A stretch of 62,543 nt of DNA, filler included, from Atractiella rhizophila (GCA_021432655.1; 30 parts of 30 records of this genome joined end to end with filler, not necessarily neighbours in it); one strand, 5' to 3'. Positions 37,094-50,690 are shown, numbered from the whole stretch's first letter. Numbers and translations are program-made. Notes: a model not told the origin generated them from the letters alone.

Positions 37094-37864
37094 TCACAAT
37101 CCATATTTCGTCGTAAACCCCAAAATTTCCTGGCCAATTTCTTCGGCATGCGTTTCAAGCGCAAAATGGCCTGTTTCCAACAGCTTGACTTCCACATTCT
37201 TCGAGTCCTTCTTATATGCTTCCGCTCCGGGGGGTAGGAAGAAAGGGTCACCGTTACCCCAGACCGCGAGAATGGGCACATTACTGTTCCTAAAGTAGTC
37301 GTGAAATTTAGGGTAGAGCTTGAGGTTGTTCTGATAGTCGTAAAACAAGTCGAGTTGGATCTTCTCTTGCCCCGGTCGTTCCATCAGGGCTTGGTCCAGC
37401 CAATATGCCTCTGGCTGAATACTGGAAACGAGAGCAGAGGGGACACCTTGTTCGTACTGATATTTCGTCGTCTCGAACGCTGTCAGTTTCTTTCCTAGTG
37501 CCTCCCGTACTTCGGCACCATTTGTCTCCCAGAGAGGCTTCAGGGAATCCCAGAATTCAGAGAGACCTATGAAGTCACATTCCTTCAATGAGTTATGACT
37601 GTTGCAGATTGCAGCCGTACCTTCGTTATACGCGTTTCCGTTCTGCGTCACTATGCCCAACACTTCCCCGGGCCTTTTCAACGCAATCCTCAACCCTACC
37701 GGAGCGCCGTAGTCGAAAATATAAAGAAGGAATTTATTGATTTCCAACTTTTGCAGAAAAGTTCCAATAGTTTCCGCCAGTGCGTCGAACGTGTAAACGT
37801 AGGAGGAAGGTACAGTCGTGAACCCAAAACCCGGCAGGTCTGGCGCAACAACGTAATATTTCTC
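37094..37864 (-). CDS. Alpha/beta hydrolase (epoxide hydrolase/dehalogenase-like), 3' part
   Basis: VAPDLPGFGFT, nucleophile YIFDYGAPVGLR, TQNGNAYNEG, QLDLFYDY, AVWGNGDPFF, catalytic GHFALETH; one 54-nt in-frame intron. Confidence 0.93.
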   Translation of the reverse strand, partial: EKYYVVAPDLPGFGFTTVPSSYVYTFDALAETIGTFLQKLEINKFLLYIFDYGAPVGLRIALKRPGEVLGIVTQNGNAYNEGTAAICNSHNSLKECDFIGLSEFWDSLKPLWETNGAEVREALGKKLTAFETTKYQYEQGVPSALVSSIQPEAYWLDQALMERPGQEKIQLDLFYDYQNNLKLYPKFHDYFRNSNVPILAVWGNGDPFFLPPGAEAYKKDSKNVEVKLLETGHFALETHAEEIGQEILGFTTKYGL

Positions 37865-37964
37865 NNNNNNNNNNNNNNNNNNNNNNNNNNNNNNNNNNNN
37901 NNNNNNNNTTAATTAATTAANNNNNNNNNNNNNNNNNNNNNNNNNNNNNNNNNNNNNNNNNNNN

Positions 37965-39704
37965 TTTCATCTACAATCTCCCTCTGTTGCTGGATTGCGG
38001 GATACATTCTCCTGACGAAGGAGCCAAGAAGCAAAAGCTTTGCGGTCTGGCGATTAGCGCTCTGGTTCGGCGGAATTGGCATTGAGATGGCATTTGAGGT
38101 AATAGCAACACAGATCAGAGGCTATATTCGGTTTCGGCACACAGGGCTAGGAGAGCGAATTGGCCTTTTTACCCTAATTGTTCTCGGTGAGGAGCACCCT
38201 TACACATAAAATATGTAAAGGTGGGATTCATCTGCGGACCCAGGTGAATCTGTGATCTCTCTCGTTGGCGTCGCTCAGTTGCTCGTGAGTGGCGGAGCTT
38301 ATGACGCCTCATCTTTCATCCAGGTGAGTAACGATTGATATTTTCCATCGCTTGGAGCCATATCAGGAAAACAGCTTCTTTGCTCTTTTCTCATCGTGTA
38401 CTGCGTATGGTGCGTCTATGTCTAAGCACTACTTCCAGGGAAAGTGAGATGCTGAGTTAGGGCAATTTACTTTGATGGCTTTGGTCGGAAAATCCAGACT
38501 GGTCGCTTGCGAACCATCTGGTGGGTATATGCGCATTTTTTCGTACAGATATCGATTGTCTTCCTGTTAGTCAGTTATTTTCACGCAATTTCCCGACCTG
38601 ATAAGTAATTCAATTTCAGAGCCATACAGAGCTCGCTCAATGCAGTTGTACGTTCTATTTCACTTCGACTGTCCTTGCTGTGTAACGCTAAGGAATAGAA
38701 CGTTGCACGTCTCCTTGATGACTTGTTCACAAAAATTGGGGAACAAGGAAACATCTTTATTACGGATCCACAATCCTTCGATTTGGGCAGTGGGGATAAT
38801 CAAGATATCATTCAACAACTCGCGGATTACAAGTTCAGTTGGTACATTGGTTTGTCAAATATCACAATGCCTTCTAGCTAATGTTGATCCCACAGGAAAG
38901 CGTCCGTAAGTTTCACAGGTTGTACAGAACACAGGACTTCTGACCCATTTTAGTTGGATTCCTGGAATGCAACGTTTTACGACACGCTTGCCACCACTGG
39001 AGATGCAACGGTGGCCGCCACCGCACTTGAAAGCGAAATTTTCAAGTTTCTGCTTGCAATTATTGTCCCAGCGTTCGAATCCTTCAAGGTTAACTTGGAC
39101 GACGAACTACTTTTCGAACAGCGAAGCATCCTTAACAACATTCCTACTTTGACCACTGGCAAGCCTACATTTTATCTCATTCCTGAGCCCAAGCCTGATG
39201 GTTGCTACCGAGACAGATATTGTTCAAGAATTTCTCTTAGACGTACTAACCGAAAGTGCCAAGCCGACACTTTTCCTACTCCCTGTTGCCGGCGGGTTCT
39301 TGGTTTGTGTTGCTGCGTTGCGGTTGAACGCTCGACTACCTAGTGACGTGTGGGGATGGGTATCAATAGGCATCGTCACTTCTGTCGGGGTCATAATGCT
39401 CCTTTTTGCCCTTTTCAGTATTGGAAATCAACGCCTAAGGTTGGATGGCAGTGACCTCATTCCATACAAGCTGTGGAATGCTAATTGGCTCAGTGCGTTC
39501 TTTGTCCACTGAGCTTGGGCACGGCTAACTCATGAATCAGTACCGCTGGTTCTTGTGGTCTATGCGTTGGTAGTCGCAGGAGAACATATTCTTTTGTTGC
39601 TCGTCAATCGTCGATACAAGAAGGCGGACTTCGAACGGCGACCGATGATGAACAAAGATCAGAATGACAGCCAATACGACTTAGATTTACCAGTCGGTCA
39701 TTGA
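37965..39704 (+). CDS. Low temperature requirement A (LtrA)-like membrane protein, 3' part, many introns
   Basis: FRHTGLGERIGLFTLIVLGE signature, WWVYAHFF, several hydrophobic segments. Confidence 0.8.
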
Positions 39705-40329
39705 TTGAGAGCATTATGCATGTGAGTTCTCTGAATAAAACCGAGCATTTGACTCAGATTTATTTTTGACGACTGTCATAGATTGGCTTCCCTCTCATTG
39801 GCGGTGCCTGACACTCTTCGTAGCAAGTTTGATGTTGAATATCACCTACATTGTAATTCCGGGCAACAGCTCGGAATTTGCAACGGAGTAGAGAGTTTGG
39901 AAGAATTTTAATGGTCTAGACGACTCCAAATATAAGATGCTCCGACCNNNNNNNNNNNNNNNNNNNNNNNNNNNNNNNNNNNNNNNNNNNNTTAATTAAT
40001 TAANNNNNNNNNNNNNNNNNNNNNNNNNNNNNNNNNNNNNNNNNNNNGAGCAGAAGCCATCAGGCAGGAAGTCTGAAAAGAGGGCTTCACATGTTCCAAA
40101 GAGCTCAAAACCATCTGGAATGACAATAAGAGACATCCCCTTTATTATAGATCAAAAGTATACACCTAATTGCACATTTTTCATATAATCTACAAGGTCC
40201 CAATGTGCCTGCTTCTCGAGTTGTGGTTGGTCGTTGTGGTTTGTGCGCAGTTGTCCGTCTTGCGCAGTTGTCCGTCACGTGCCGTTATGTTGCTGTGTTG
40301 CTACTGGGAGTAGTACATTTATTGATATT

Positions 40330-41640
40330 CCATGAGTTTGGATTTATGGGACTTGACCTAGATCGCTATAAAGTGAAGCAAAAGGAGCTCCTCCAAACTC
40401 TCAAACCAGATGATATCGAATGCCCCCAAGTAATTGTTACGGCTGTCATGAATGGTGAGCTTCCTGTGGACTCTGATGTTGAAATGGAGGTGTTTCCGAA
40501 GGCTGTAGGTCTTCTCTTGCCCAGTCTTCTCAACATAAGAATATATTCATATTGAGCTGTTATAGAAACCCGAAAACACTCATTTACAACGTTCTGCAAT
40601 CAGTTCATCTCGCTTGCCAGAAAAGCGCATGGCAACCCAATTGGATAGTGAGGATGGTGCCACTGCAAAGCTCACCATCTCCTCCAAATGCCCTCATCTA
40701 AATTAAGAATGTTTGGAGCCAGATATCAAGCCGCCTTCGATACCTTCGATTTGGAACTTCACAAAATCGAACCAGTTCACATCTGCCAGAAATATTGATA
40801 TGGAAGTACAACCACCACCAGTTCCTCTGCCCCTAAATATCTCCTAATCTCAAACGTCACAGACCTTTACTTCAGTAACAGGCACATCGTTTGTAGATTA
40901 TCAGGAGAAGAGTACAATTCAAATGTACTCTGATGCCTTCTGGAAACTTGTGGCCTGCCGACTCCAGTTCAAAGCTACTTTTTCAACGACAGAGAAGCAG
41001 CTGAAGTTGTTTGCTGAGAACTATAATAACCCCCAGCTTATCTTGAACCCTGTGTATTACAGACGACAAAATCATTCATGATAGTTTGATGCTCAAAAAT
41101 GGTTTATTGGCAATCGAGAAGGAGGTTGCTAGTCACATTCAGAGAGTAGCCAGAGGAGACTGAGTTTGAACACTTTTATTGACAAGAAAAGGAATTTACT
41201 AACAACTAGCAATGTGTTGAACAGCGATCAAACCATTCTGGAAACTACAAACGACACTCCCTCCACCAGTGAAAGTGACTTACACGATTCCAACAAAGAA
41301 GGGCACCCTTGGAGCTGTAAAGACTTGTGGTCGATGCAAGAAGCAAAAGGATGGGTATGGCGAGAAGAATACAAACAATCACATGTGCGACATCTATGAC
41401 GACAACTTTCTGCATTGGTCCAAGGATCCGTACCCACTGCCGAAGACCAACTTGCGCCATGTCCCACTCTGCAAGAATATGTTGGGGAAGTGGAGCATAA
41501 ACGAATGCGGTAAAGAAGTTTTTCACAGATATCAAGGATAGGAAAATACCTCAATCAGTGGAGATGATCAACATGCGAGTTTTTATGGCAATGACATGGG
41601 TAGAGGAAAAGATGGACTGGGTTTTGGCAAAAGAAAGGTT
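40330..41640 (+). pseudogene. Decayed coding sequence, possibly the C-terminal region of a fungal DNA transposase
   Basis: Stop-riddled frames; TEKQLKLFAENY and KTCGRCKKQKD...NHMCDIYDD Cys/His motif. Confidence 0.3.
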
Positions 41641-42189
41641 ACATATTGAAGCAGGGAAGAGAAAGTAGTGGTTCACTTAGTAAGTAGTCAGATGCAAATG
41701 GGTATCTTTTGTGATTTCAGTCCGGGACATAGCATGCACCAACCTCCACTTTTGAATTTTTGTATAGAGAGGCATCAACTATTATAAAATAAAGGCAAAT
41801 TTGAGCTTTTATTTGATCAATTACAACTATAGTTGCAAGAGAACTGAATGTACTGTTGTGCACTCGGACGATGTAAATAATGTGAGTTGATGCTCTGCTT
41901 TGTTAACATCCCCTCAATGCTAATAATCGTTATACGTCGTGATAGCTAGCTCTCAGGCCTTGCATTTGACATAATCAGGCCTGAGATACAATGGATAATG
42001 ATGAAGCAATGGGGAATTGCATGTNNNNNNNNNNNNNNNNNNNNNNNNNNNNNNNNNNNNNNNNNNNNTTAATTAATTAANNNNNNNNNNNNNNNNNNNN
42101 NNNNNNNNNNNNNNNNNNNNNNNNAATGCTCAGGCTGAAGAAGAGTACGTGAATTGACCGCATCGAGAACTTCTCTTAACTGTCCTCAC

Positions 42190-43140
42190 AGGAAGCGACT
42201 TGCCAGCTTGGAAAGAGAGTTCGAATCCACTCGACAGGAGTTGAGAAATGCAGAGAAAGAGTTACAAGAGTTCAAATCGAAGCGGGATCTGGCGCAACGA
42301 AAGGGAGCGCGAAAGTCCATGGACCAACCTGCCACTTTCAAGCAAAGAAGCAAGATCTTTTCGTCAGCCAAATTTTCAGTGATGCTGATTTTTGCAATAG
42401 TGGAGTTCGAGGCACATCAGATCAAGACCGGTTGGACCCTACTCTCAGCATCGGACAACTACATTGAAGCGCTTTACGCCAAGGAGCTCCTCTGCCGCTT
42501 CAACATTGATGCAGAGCAGCGCGTTGAGGATTTGAAGGTTGACCTCGCTGAAGCACCTCCTGCACAGAAATTCGAGGGGCAGCTTAAGATTCTTCTGTTC
42601 AATAGGCTGAAGACGAATTTGGAAAGTGGCGGATGCAGAGGCCAAAGCATGAAGGTCTGTTGTCCCTAATGCCCATTTTAGCCCTCTCTGATGTGCCTCT
42701 AGGAGATTGCCGGCTTCATTACTCACTGCTGGAACAACTGTCTCACTCTGGTCAAAGCGTTCCTCCTCGCATACAGACGTTACATCATACGCCTCACCCC
42801 ATTAAACGATACCAATGCCTTCCTCCAGTTCAGAGTCGAATTCGTTTCTCGTACCCTGCGCAGCGGTTTTTATGTTCTTTTCGAGATTGGTGACGAGGAT
42901 TTAATGGGCGACGATCCTGTGGGAGCAATGAGTTGTGACGCCGTTAGAGGACCAGGCGAAAACAAAGTGGAGTACGTAGTTTGCCCCTTTACCGCAGAAT
43001 AATCAGCAAGGCTAACCATTGCAATAGCTTGAAGGAAGTGGTATACATCATTCGAGATGGGATTTCGGCAGAAGTCCCCGCTGGAAGAAATCCAAACGTG
43101 TTGGCGAAGACCTGCCGAGCTGTGGAAAACAAGTTCCCAT
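42190..43140 (+). CDS. Unknown multi-exon gene or pseudogene with coiled coil
   Basis: KRLASLEREFESTRQELRNAEKELQEFK..., further spliceable exons; no recognised domain. Confidence 0.4.
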
Positions 43141-46100
43141 AGAGGGTTCAGTGTTGTATTTTGCTTGACAACTTTATGTTTCGTCTTTCTTGTGCCTGGC
43201 TTTCCACGTCTTGACGGATTACATTCTTGATATGCTAATGAGTGTCCCACCTGTAACAGTAATATGATAAATGGCACGTCAATTATATGCTGGTGATTTG
43301 TTGCCCTCAAGTGCCGCTGTCCAAGTTTTTCTTTTCAAGTTTTCAAGCATACAAGCATAGGTAATATCGAGGAACCATTTCCACGGTTGCAAAGAAATAC
43401 TACGCTCGCTGCAAGAGGAAGAATTGAATTGAACATTCCCTATCGAGATAAAGTTTTGAACAGTAACCTTAGCAAGGCAATGGCGTGTTTGCAGCTCCTT
43501 CCAGCCACTCAACGTGCCTGCTGCCCCAACGGTTCCTCTTCGCGTTCTCTTAATGTTCAAAGTATGTCTTTTACATGTCTTTGCTAGTACAACGACATTC
43601 CTCCAGGTTTGACTCTGCCATTGCGACCATGATGCCGCTCGTCATCCTAGAATTATAGCCAGACTGAGCTACTCCCTATCACTTTCTACATCCTCGGCCT
43701 CGAATCAAGGTCTCCCATTTACCGCCTCCTAATATGTAGCGTCAGGGTCTGCCTCAAAAGCAAAGCTAGAAAGAGGCAACTGGAGTCGTGTTGAGCTCTG
43801 TCTCGTCCTCTCAAATCGTCATGACTTCAATCGGCACCTGCGGTCTGTTCAATTTTGCATCCTCGTGCAAGGAATATTAGTGCTGTATTTCGACTCTATT
43901 TCATTTTCCAGTGATCCCGTTTTGAAGAATTCGCTAGAACAGACCAGATTTTCCTCGAGTAGCCAAGCAAACAAACAGCCATTACGCGCCATTCTCCCAT
44001 TCTATACTTATCTCCTGCCTCTCTTTCCACCATTTCCTTCGCGCACACGCAGTTTATCCATCCCAGCCCACTTATACTCTCCTCAGCAGGCAGAACTTCG
44101 NNNNNNNNNNNNNNNNNNNNNNNNNNNNNNNNNNNNNNNNNNNNTTAATTAATTAANNNNNNNNNNNNNNNNNNNNNNNNNNNNNNNNNNNNNNNNNNNN
44201 CATCTATCTCGCAATTGAGACCTTTTGTAATCCAGAGAGGACTCTAGAATTGAGGGATTCATTGTGGAGATGAGAAATGCAGTGTCCTCCTCATCCCTTC
44301 CCGATTCATCCACTTACAATCTGTCTATAATAATATTCTCTTCGCGACACGGTCAACAGTGGCAAAGTTCCGAAGAAGTCAGCCTCGACGCGGGAGGTGG
44401 TTTTCCTTTTATTGAAGCTGTTTTATATGTTATTGAACGGCTTGCAGCTCACATTTTTGACACCGAAAACCGGTGGCTCTATGATGAACCACAGGGTGAG
44501 CAGGATGTGAAATTTGCATGATAGTTATGCTCACTATGAAGGCAGAAAAACGACTTCGCCACACCAAATTTGATGTAAACAGGTTCCCTTCAAATTTCCT
44601 TTAACACACTGCACTACCCCGATCTTTGTCCTACTAATGTTTATTCAACAATGACCAGAAGGCATCTCCTAATATCGCTGCTATCCCCGACTGGCAATCC
44701 AGTGTCATTGCCCCATTTTTTTATAGGCTCAAATCCCTCGTCATCTTTGCCGAAATGCTCACAATCGAAGATGGTCGAAATCACTCTCAGCGACTCCCGC
44801 GCACGTTGGAACACTCGACAAGGAAATGCAAGACCTGGTTAATAAAGATTTGAGGCAGGCACGGTTTCACCGAGCGTGTTTGTTACGGCTGAAGCAAGCC
44901 AACCGCAACTTAACTGAGGTGGTGTTTGATCCAGCAGCTCTTCGTTTCCACGCACCATTCAGGCCCGTCCGGAAACTTGGAACGAACACGCTCGTTTTCT
45001 TGCGACAATTTTTCGTAAGTTTCGCGACATTTGGTCTAACCTATTCGAAGGTAACCTTGGCATTATTCAATTATCACTCGCGGAGCGATCAGGAATCGAA
45101 AGAGGATTGGACAATGTCAGCCTCAGCGACGGCTTTCGCGCGACTGGGACAAATCTTTTGGAGATGGAGATGGAGGAAGAAAGGCATGGGAATACAAAGA
45201 GGCACAATCGACTTTAGAGAATATAAACCGTCTGCCGGATGCATGCCGAAGGAATGATGTCTCGTGGGGAGTTTGAAAGGCTCTGACCATTCCAAGATGG
45301 AGTATACTCGAGTTCAACAGAAAGCTGCTGGTGAAGATTGTCTCCACGTGATTTCATGAAATGCTTGGATGTAACTAGCTTCTAAAATTCGAATGTCACT
45401 CGGTAGTAAAACTGCACAAACTGCATTTCGCTAGTTTGTGTGACTGATTGAGAAACCTGCTCCTCATTTACAGTCTGACTCCTAAACAACGACTTAGCTG
45501 CGAGCTTGGGGCCGGCGCTTGAGGTTCTGTGAATTTTTAACTATAAGAGTAAAGATGACGGCCTCTACTAAATTTGTGCGCCAGGTAGGTTTCGAGCCGT
45601 TCAAATTCCAACGATATTCTAATAGTCTGATGTAGGTCTGGGCTTCATTCCTAAAAACTAATGGGCATGATGCTACTTGTTTCCCTAATGTTGGTCTTCT
45701 GTCTGCTCGGAAAGGAACACGGAGCTGACATTCAAACGTACACAGCTTCAAATAATTTCTGCGAAGCCAGGCTACGTCAAAGCATCCCTCAAGGTAGAGC
45801 CTTACAATGGTGTGTCTCCGCTGTTCCCAATTCGCAGTTGTTGCGTGATAATCAACCTTGGACTGTAGTCAATCGGCTCGGTGTAGGTTTCTCCTACAGC
45901 CGCCTCATATCTAAGCTCATGCTGTTAGACATTACACGGTGGACTCATAGGGAGTCTGGTGGATACCATGGGATCCTTGTCAGTGGCATCTAAAGGTCTT
46001 TTCATGACCGGCGTCTCCACGGACATCTCTACAACGTTTGGGCTCCCTTTTACTTTTCGGAGGGGATGATTCTGAAATTGTTAGCAGGTATCTCAAAAGC

Positions 46101-46269
46101 TCAAAGCCAGGCGATACCATCATCTGTGAGACCTCCTTGCTAAACTTGGGGAAGACCATGGCCTTTACCNNNNNNNNNNNNNNNNNNNNNNNNNNNNNNN
46201 NNNNNNNNNNNNNTTAATTAATTAANNNNNNNNNNNNNNNNNNNNNNNNNNNNNNNNNNNNNNNNNNNN

Positions 46270-47259
46270 CTGACGAGGAAGACTGTGTCTGTCGCCTGTG
46301 CGGGAACGAACGAGAGATATCACGTTATTGCTTATTTGGATGGAGAAGAGAAGCGCCGCGTGACCATGGATGACCGTCTTCGAGGATTAGTTGTAAATGT
46401 TGCAGACTTCAGTCACTCGAGGGTCGCGAAGCGGATGAAGGAAGAACCAGAGGAGGACGTGGATGGCGTGCCAACGATCAAATCGCCGCCCAATCCCAGG
46501 CTGATCACAGGTTCAGTTGCAGTCATCCGTTCCCCTCCAGCTCCTCAGCAATCGGAGACTCCTCCCAACCCAATCCCAACCCCTCTATACCAACCAGAAA
46601 AGCTGAAGCAGATTCCCTCTCTCCCCCAATCGACAGAGGCACCGCAAGATGCTCCTCTTCCCACCCCTCCACTTTTTTCACACCTGCCTCCTCCTTTATC
46701 AGAACGGTGGCCATCTCTACCCCCACCAGACCCTACGCTAGTCCGAACACTGCTCGTTCCCTCCTGTCCCCTACCTCGTTTAGAAAGCGAAGATTCCCTC
46801 GTATCTAGGGATGGGGAGTGTGAGGCTTTTGCATCATCGAGGCCGAAGAAGCGACGAAGGACGTCGAACGTAAGTATGAGTATGGTGGGCGGTGGAGCAG
46901 AGACGACGGAGACATTGGTAGCGAAGGAGGAGAAAGCGAGGGAGAGGAAGAGGAAGAATGCACTCGCAGCGAGGAAGTGCAGGGCACAAAAGGTGTCCTA
47001 TACTGAGAGTCTTGAGAAGAGGCTGGCGGAAGCGACGTCGTTGCTGGGAGCGAGCGAAAAGGAGCGTGAGACGTCGAAGACGGAGAACGAACGACTGAGG
47101 TTAGCGGAGAGCGTGAAGGAGGTTGAAAAATGGAGGGAGAGGTGTCTGCGTCTCGAGGTAGAAATGAAGGCGCTGAAGGAAAGAGAACTTCAGGAGAGGA
47201 TGAGGAAGAAGCAGGCGTTGGAGCGAGTGGAATCGATCGGGAGGGACTTGAGCATCTGA
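46270..47259 (+). CDS. bZIP transcription factor (5' truncated) with a Gti1/Pac2-like segment upstream
   Basis: Basic region ERKRKNALAARKCRAQK and zipper; frame opens with LTRKTVSVACAGTNERYHVIAYL...DDRLRGL. Confidence 0.85.
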   Translation: MTRKTVSVACAGTNERYHVIAYLDGEEKRRVTMDDRLRGLVVNVADFSHSRVAKRMKEEPEEDVDGVPTIKSPPNPRLITGSVAVIRSPPAPQQSETPPNPIPTPLYQPEKLKQIPSLPQSTEAPQDAPLPTPPLFSHLPPPLSERWPSLPPPDPTLVRTLLVPSCPLPRLESEDSLVSRDGECEAFASSRPKKRRRTSNVSMSMVGGGAETTETLVAKEEKARERKRKNALAARKCRAQKVSYTESLEKRLAEATSLLGASEKERETSKTENERLRLAESVKEVEKWRERCLRLEVEMKALKERELQERMRKKQALERVESIGRDLSI

Positions 47260-48002
47260 CTGATCGATCAGAGGAGGATGGATGCTACCTAAAACCCCAA
47301 CTTCTCTTCTCCATTTTATAACCCGTCGTGCTTTTTATATAACGATTGGATTAACACCAACCAAATCTTGTTTCGATTTGTTTTTTCAAGTTCGTCAAGT
47401 TACTGATGGGTTTATAACGGTAATTAAGGCGTTGAATTTCTCTCAAAGAACTCCCCCAGCTCACCCAGCTCCAGTTTCTACCCCTCTACACGGCAGGTTG
47501 CGTACGGAATCTAGGGGAGCTCCGTCAGGACTATGAAGCAGAGAGTCCCGGCGCAGCCCCGTTTGCGGGGGACTCGAAAACGAGTTCGATGCGGTTCGAT
47601 GTAGTTCCTCCTATCGTACATCCTGCGGCCGCAGGAACTCGTTTAATGAATCTAATTTGAGTCCCTGCGGATCGACTGTAGGCTGCTGATAGCAGCCGAA
47701 AAAACGTGGTTTTCGGTTCTAAGCTGGCTGTTACATGACCAGCGTTGGTCGGCACATTTGATGCTGCTCCTTCCTCTCCCCTCTACAGTTGGGTATACAA
47801 TGAAGAAAGGTATTAAATTCTATTGAAATAGCAGGATAGAGCAAGAAGCATATGACTGACCGCAGAATTAAGAAGAACATAACACCCTCTGCCTGCCTGG
47901 CCTCCGTCATCTGGCTCGTGTCACCTCCTCACTCCATTCCCGTTCCCCTAGTAACCCTGCCCCCCTGCCTGTACCATGTTCCCAGTGACAAATGTATTAG
48001 CG

Positions 48003-48110
48003 CTGCGAAGTGCGAGATAACAATGAGTATGTGTTGCATTTAGTATGTAAGGAAACTACATTACCTGCGAAGTGTGAGATAACAATGAGTATAAGTCTCG
48101 CACTTGCAGG
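48003..48110. repeat. 28-bp direct repeat plus inverted copy, probable transposon subterminal structure
   Basis: CTGCGAAGTG(C/T)GAGATAACAATGAGTAT at 48003-48030 and 48065-48092; TCTCGCACTTGCAGG at 48096-48110 is a near-perfect inverted copy of its 5' half. Confidence 0.8.
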
Positions 48111-48341
48111 TTTACAAGCTTTTATAACAGAGAGATTGTTGAGACTAGGATTCTTCCTATCACACTGGGAAGCGTGAAGGGAAAAAATCCTTGTGAGGGG
48201 GGTATATGTGTATTTTACATTGCGGGGCATTNNNNNNNNNNNNNNNNNNNNNNNNNNNNNNNNNNNNNNNNNNNNTTAATTAATTAANNNNNNNNNNNNN
48301 NNNNNNNNNNNNNNNNNNNNNNNNNNNNNNNTCATCTAAAG

Positions 48342-50288
48342 CTACCCAAACACCGACATCGGTTCGTCCAACGCAAACGTCATCCCTCCTCCGCCTCCAC
48401 TACCAGTTGTCAGGCCATTCGTAGCTTTGGTAAACATGGATTGATGTAAGTTTTCAACCTGTCCTGTCCATCGATCCAATGCTTGATATCGCCGCGTGTC
48501 TTGCATTTTGCTAGGAAGAACATCAGTTTCTGATGTCGCACAGGTAGTTCAAACGAACCTCTTCTCCAGCTCTAACCTTTGAGTAACCTGGTCAATTTTA
48601 CCTTTCACCTTGCCATCGAGAATAAGGCCGACAAGGATATCCTCTACTTCTTCTTTTTCGACGCGCAGTTGATTGGCGAGGTAAGAAATTTCGATCCGCT
48701 CATAAGTCTTGATGAGTTCTAGAATCCATTGGGTGCGAAGACTGCGTAGGACGTCGTCAATGAAGGAACGGATGAAAGGATCTCCTTGAATCGTCTCTCG
48801 GTTACTCGCGAGGATTTTCTCGGCTTCGTGTACATCTCGATGCTGATATGCTTGCACGAGGTTCGTCATCGCTTGAATCTCTGGGTCATTTTTATACCTA
48901 AAAAACATAATGAGTTCCAAGTAAGATCAAGGTAGTGACAATAAGACGAACGGTTTCGTCTCTTGAGAATCGAAAGGATCAATTTCCGAGTCCATGAGCA
49001 TATGCGCTAAGACAAGGTATTTGAGTACTTGAGTGCGTTGTGACGATCCCGCCTCATCGTATGACTTGAAAGCCTCAAAAAAATCTTCCTGTGCCTCGGA
49101 CCACTCCTCTGCAAAGCATCGTGCGGTTAGATATTCCAGGATGTATGAGACAAGATCGCACGTACTCTCGTTCATGTGCATCTTGCCTCCGCATTCCTTC
49201 ATGATTCCCATAATCCTGGGGTGCACAATCGCATCTTTCATGCCTTTCGATTGATTGTAGACCTCCTGTTCTCAGATTCAAAATCTGAAAGAGAACAAAA
49301 CAGAGATACCAACCTTCAGCTTTTTATTCTGCTTTGTATCCGTATACATCAAAATCTCCAAACTCATGACTTCGTACAACTGAGTTTGTTTCGTGTTGTC
49401 CACACCAGCAGAAGATGCTAACTCAGCTGCTGTCGGCGCGCATAGTGTTTTTAGTTCCTTGATCAGCTACCCCGTTGCTCAGCACATTCCTTTGGCACGC
49501 AAGAAGCTTACGCACAGTAACAAGCTGAGGATATTCGCGTCGATCGAGCCAGAGCTTCGCCAATTTGAGACTTATTTTTACAGATAATCGCTACCTGTCA
49601 GTTAGCCATGAACATGCGGGAAGATGAGAACGGACCTCGTTCTTTGCCTCATTAAGTGCCTTCTCCGTGACTTCATACCAACTCCGCATTTGGTGGGTGA
49701 CCAGTCCTTTCTCGTTAGAAACGTAGTCGAGGATTCCGTTGATGCTCTTCTCAGCCACGTTTCGCGTCACCGCTGACTTCGTGTATGTCAACAGCTCCGT
49801 GTAATATTTGAGGGCGGCATCATAGTTTTTCAGAATTTGGAAGGATATCTTCGTCAGCTGCTTCAGAGCTTTGAAGCCCCTGTACTGAGATATCAGACCG
49901 AATTACGAAGATACAGCTGACCACAAACCATTCCCCTTTACCTTCCTCTGCTTCTTTCCTCACCACTTCTTGCAGCTCCTTGACAGCTTGCTCAGGACTA
50001 TCCTCCTTCTTCCCTTCACGCCAATACCTTTTAGTACTTGCTCCTTTTCCAGGAAGGGGAGAATGTACCTTTGGCGTTGTAATAGCTGTTTTCAAGACCT
50101 GGATCCCCATCATCTCCATCGTCTGACCCATAGTCGAAGTCATAATCCTATGATGGCGATACGTGAGTTTTAACTGGAAGAGCACGCGCAAAGTACCTCA
50201 TCATCGACCGCGTCGTTCATCTGCTCTCTTCTCAATCCCCGTTCGATCGCTGGTAGAAGGTACGAACCATGAATTCATCGTCCGACAT
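48342..50288 (-). CDS. CSN2: COP9 signalosome subunit 2, complete, multi-exon
   Basis: [93 protein letters not shown] domain. Confidence 0.98.
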
Positions 50289-50690
50289 TGTGNNNNNNNN
50301 NNNNNNNNNNNNNNNNNNNNNNNNNNNNNNNNNNNNTTAATTAATTAANNNNNNNNNNNNNNNNNNNNNNNNNNNNNNNNNNNNNNNNNNNNGAGAGCCC
50401 CAAACCACCATCATCACACTCTCATCTCTACCCGTCCCCTATTCAGCACCGCAGTGGTTCGCTCCTCTCCCAGCAGCTCATCCTGCCTCCCAAGTCAGAT
50501 TTCGCAGACCTCGCTCAAACGCGTCGCGTCCGGATTTGGGGGATTCGTGCTCTCGATCACTTTCGATACGTAAATCATACAACAATAATCAATCCTTGTG
50601 ATATTTCCTGGACATATTACAGGTTGGGCACCTCAAAAACCATTGCAGTGCTCCTCAAACAAGGCATAGTATAGAGAAGGCGAGCGAAAG

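Noticed and set aside
37094..39704. Recent bacterial transfer or contamination for the hydrolase and LtrA-like genes
   Set aside because: Both contain spliceosomal introns and both families are common in fungi.
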